Assembly (NCBI GenBank): GCA_025992705.1 | Contig: DAJPGJ010000001.1 | Span: 1,553,270-1,617,269, forward strand | Direction: 5' to 3' | Length of the DNA: 64,000 nt | Source: Coriobacteriaceae bacterium | GTDB lineage: Bacteria; Actinomycetota; Coriobacteriia; Coriobacteriales; QAMH01 | Part shown: piece by piece, positions 61,972-64,000 of the stretch | Position numbering within the stretch: the first letter of the stretch is position 1 | Layout: each line of letters opens with the position of its first letter | The notes under the pieces: model-generated | Seen by the model: only the letters and a program-made list of their open reading frames with translations | What the model was told of the DNA's origin: nothing | Databases searched by the model: none | Position numbers and translations under genes: made by a program

Positions 61972-64000
61972 CTCGTTCACATCCTCGATGACAGGGTGAA
62001 TCACGCATCGAACGACCTTAATGATACCTGAACACGCAGTAAAGACAGAAGTTTGCGTGCGAAGAACAAGGCAAAGCGCACAAGAAGGACTCATCACCGC
62101 AGGTACCTAGCACAGGTCTTGCGTTTGGGAAAGGCGATATCCCATATTTTGAGGTTTATATAGGACGGAAATATATTTGTGGGTAAGATGTGAAAATGCT
62201 GTGAATGAACAAGATTTTGGAGGAAACACAGTATGAATAGAAAGGATCAAAACACCATTTGACCTGCGCTTTTATAGAAGGCTAATTATTGTCTTAGTCT
62301 TTTATTACTAATATGTCTAAGTTATTTAAAAGCTTGCGTTTCCTGGTTATATGCGTATAATTCGTCCGTAATACGTCACGGAACTGGTTAAACATAGTAA
62401 TGGGCAACCAAAACACCGGCAAACAACCAGTTCCTCCGACAGTGTTTTGATCTCACCATCAAGACACTCGGCGTATGAAAACGAAGCAAGAAATGTACCA
62501 AGAACGAGAAACAGAGCACGAACGAACGATTCACAACTGAAGAGCTATCCAGGAGGGGACTTGGTTATAGCGTTAGGCTATACGTTGCCTAGCTATGCTA
62601 TTCCCTATGCTATACAAGGTCAGAGCCTGGTTTCACTGGATCGAATAGCCATTCGATAGAAGCCAGATAGTAAACCAGGTATCTTGCTTTACGGGATTTG
62701 ACGCAGTGCTTTACAGCAGTGCTATCTTGCTATGCCTGTATAGCAACTTTCCTGCTATCAGGGCGATTTTTGCTAGCACTGACCATGTTACCCACTCTTA
62801 AATTTTGACTAGGATTTAAGGGCATTTTGGTCGTTTCTTAGCATATTGCGGTAATTAAGCATTAATGTGGTCATTTCGTAGGATTAATGACTAAGATTAT
62901 TTTGCAAGACTTTCCCTACCTGGACATAAATTTATATTTGGGTATCATGCCTAAATAGAAATTTTCATAGATCTGCGCTGCTTCGAAGCATTTCTTTTCC
63001 TCTTCAGCTTCGGGGTTCCTGCCACAGCAGCGGTTGGTACCTGTATGAGGGGCGCTTCTGGAGTTCAAGTTGGAGCATTTTGACACCGAAATTAGGCGAT
63101 ATACCCGTAGAACGCAATATTTTGGCGTCTAAGGGCCGATAAGGTTTTTTGCATGCCGAGTACCACCTTAAAGGCCAGAATCGTTTTAAGAGGCACTAGA
63201 ACGCGTTGTTTTTGACCTGCGATATCAGGAAAAAGTGCCTGGTTGAGCTCGGAAAAAGAAAAAACAGGAGAAATTGTGCTATACGCCCAGTTTCTCTAGA
63301 AAATAATTTGAAGATCATCCAGGGCTCAGGCTATCAACAAAACCTGCCCCTGTTGGAACCCTGTATATCTTGAAAACAGGTTCCTACGGGAAACTTAGCC
63401 ATAATTCACAAGAAGGGGAACTTCGTATAGGAGCCGTGAATAAATTTCCCATTCAGTAATTTCTAACAGGGTTTCTGATGCCTCTTTTTACGAGAATCTT
63501 CTACTTGTTCCTTTGGAATTTGATTTATTTAACTGGTGCCTGTGTAAAGGAAATGCGGCCTGACCAGGACACCGGTACTGCATGTCATGCCCGTACCAGC
63601 TCAGAGAAGAGACAAGGTCACGATACGTATCTCCAGAAAGGTGGAGATAGTAATTTTCCACAGGCATAGGTAGATTACACTTGCATGGAGGCATACAGGA
63701 GGCTTGCCCCGTATGAGCAAACGCGGGCTTTCCTCTCAATTCAATATGGTGCCTGTTAATATGATGCGAGCAAATGAAAACGTGAGGCCCGCTAAATACG
63801 TGCATGCTTAACGGGTACCCCATTGTTCAGCATGACTTAGACAATAGATGAGATTGCTTTTGATAACAACCCAAAGGGCATCCTGCATAAAATCACAGCG
63901 GTACCGTCTAATAGAGGATGTAAAGCTTTGAATTGAGGGCGATGTACAAGGGGACCAGTTGTCTTTTGAGACGCTCTGCGCTATCTTAAAGTTGACGAAG

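Overview
This is a high-GC chromosomal segment with a Gram-positive-type gene set. The gene content (gadBC, an [FeFe]-hydrogenase with a GltD-like partner, ECF transporters, a giant BadF/BcrA-type activase fusion) suggests an anaerobic Coriobacteriia-like actinobacterium; this taxonomic call is inference, not a database hit. Core genes I can support include guaA, gadC-gadB, pnp, rpsO, ychF, a Na+/H+ antiporter, a cobalamin-riboswitch-controlled ECF transporter and a hydrogenase operon. From about 10.9 to 25.55 kb, ending at the 3' end of guaA, lies a compositionally mosaic accessory region. It holds an IS256/IS1249-type IS inserted into an unknown gene with a clean 8-bp target duplication, a complete Hanks-type Ser/Thr kinase with an uncharacterised C-terminal domain of about 330 aa, a DUF3800 gene, head-to-head remnants of an ADP-ribosylglycohydrolase and an AbiEii toxin (the latter out of frame at a C12 tract), a SEC-C-motif protein, and two paralogous small HTH genes, one decayed. 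A second IS (IS30 family) sits upstream of rpsO. I rank three observations highest. (1) Families of short palindromic repeats have colonised coding sequence in frame: a 48-nt hairpin element occurs 2.5 times inside the activase gene and once intergenically, with compensatory stem changes, and a 75-bp perfect palindrome sits in the linker of the ECF ATPase. (2) A HipA-like kinase module appears split and permuted: the kinase core comes first, and the N-subdomain-like segment is fused to an XRE HTH protein downstream, with a 22-bp perfect palindrome over the -10 box. (3) The stand-alone kinase lies in an AT-rich islet. No rRNA, tRNA or CRISPR array was recognised by eye. All family calls rest on motif recognition from the translated ORFs, with no searches run.
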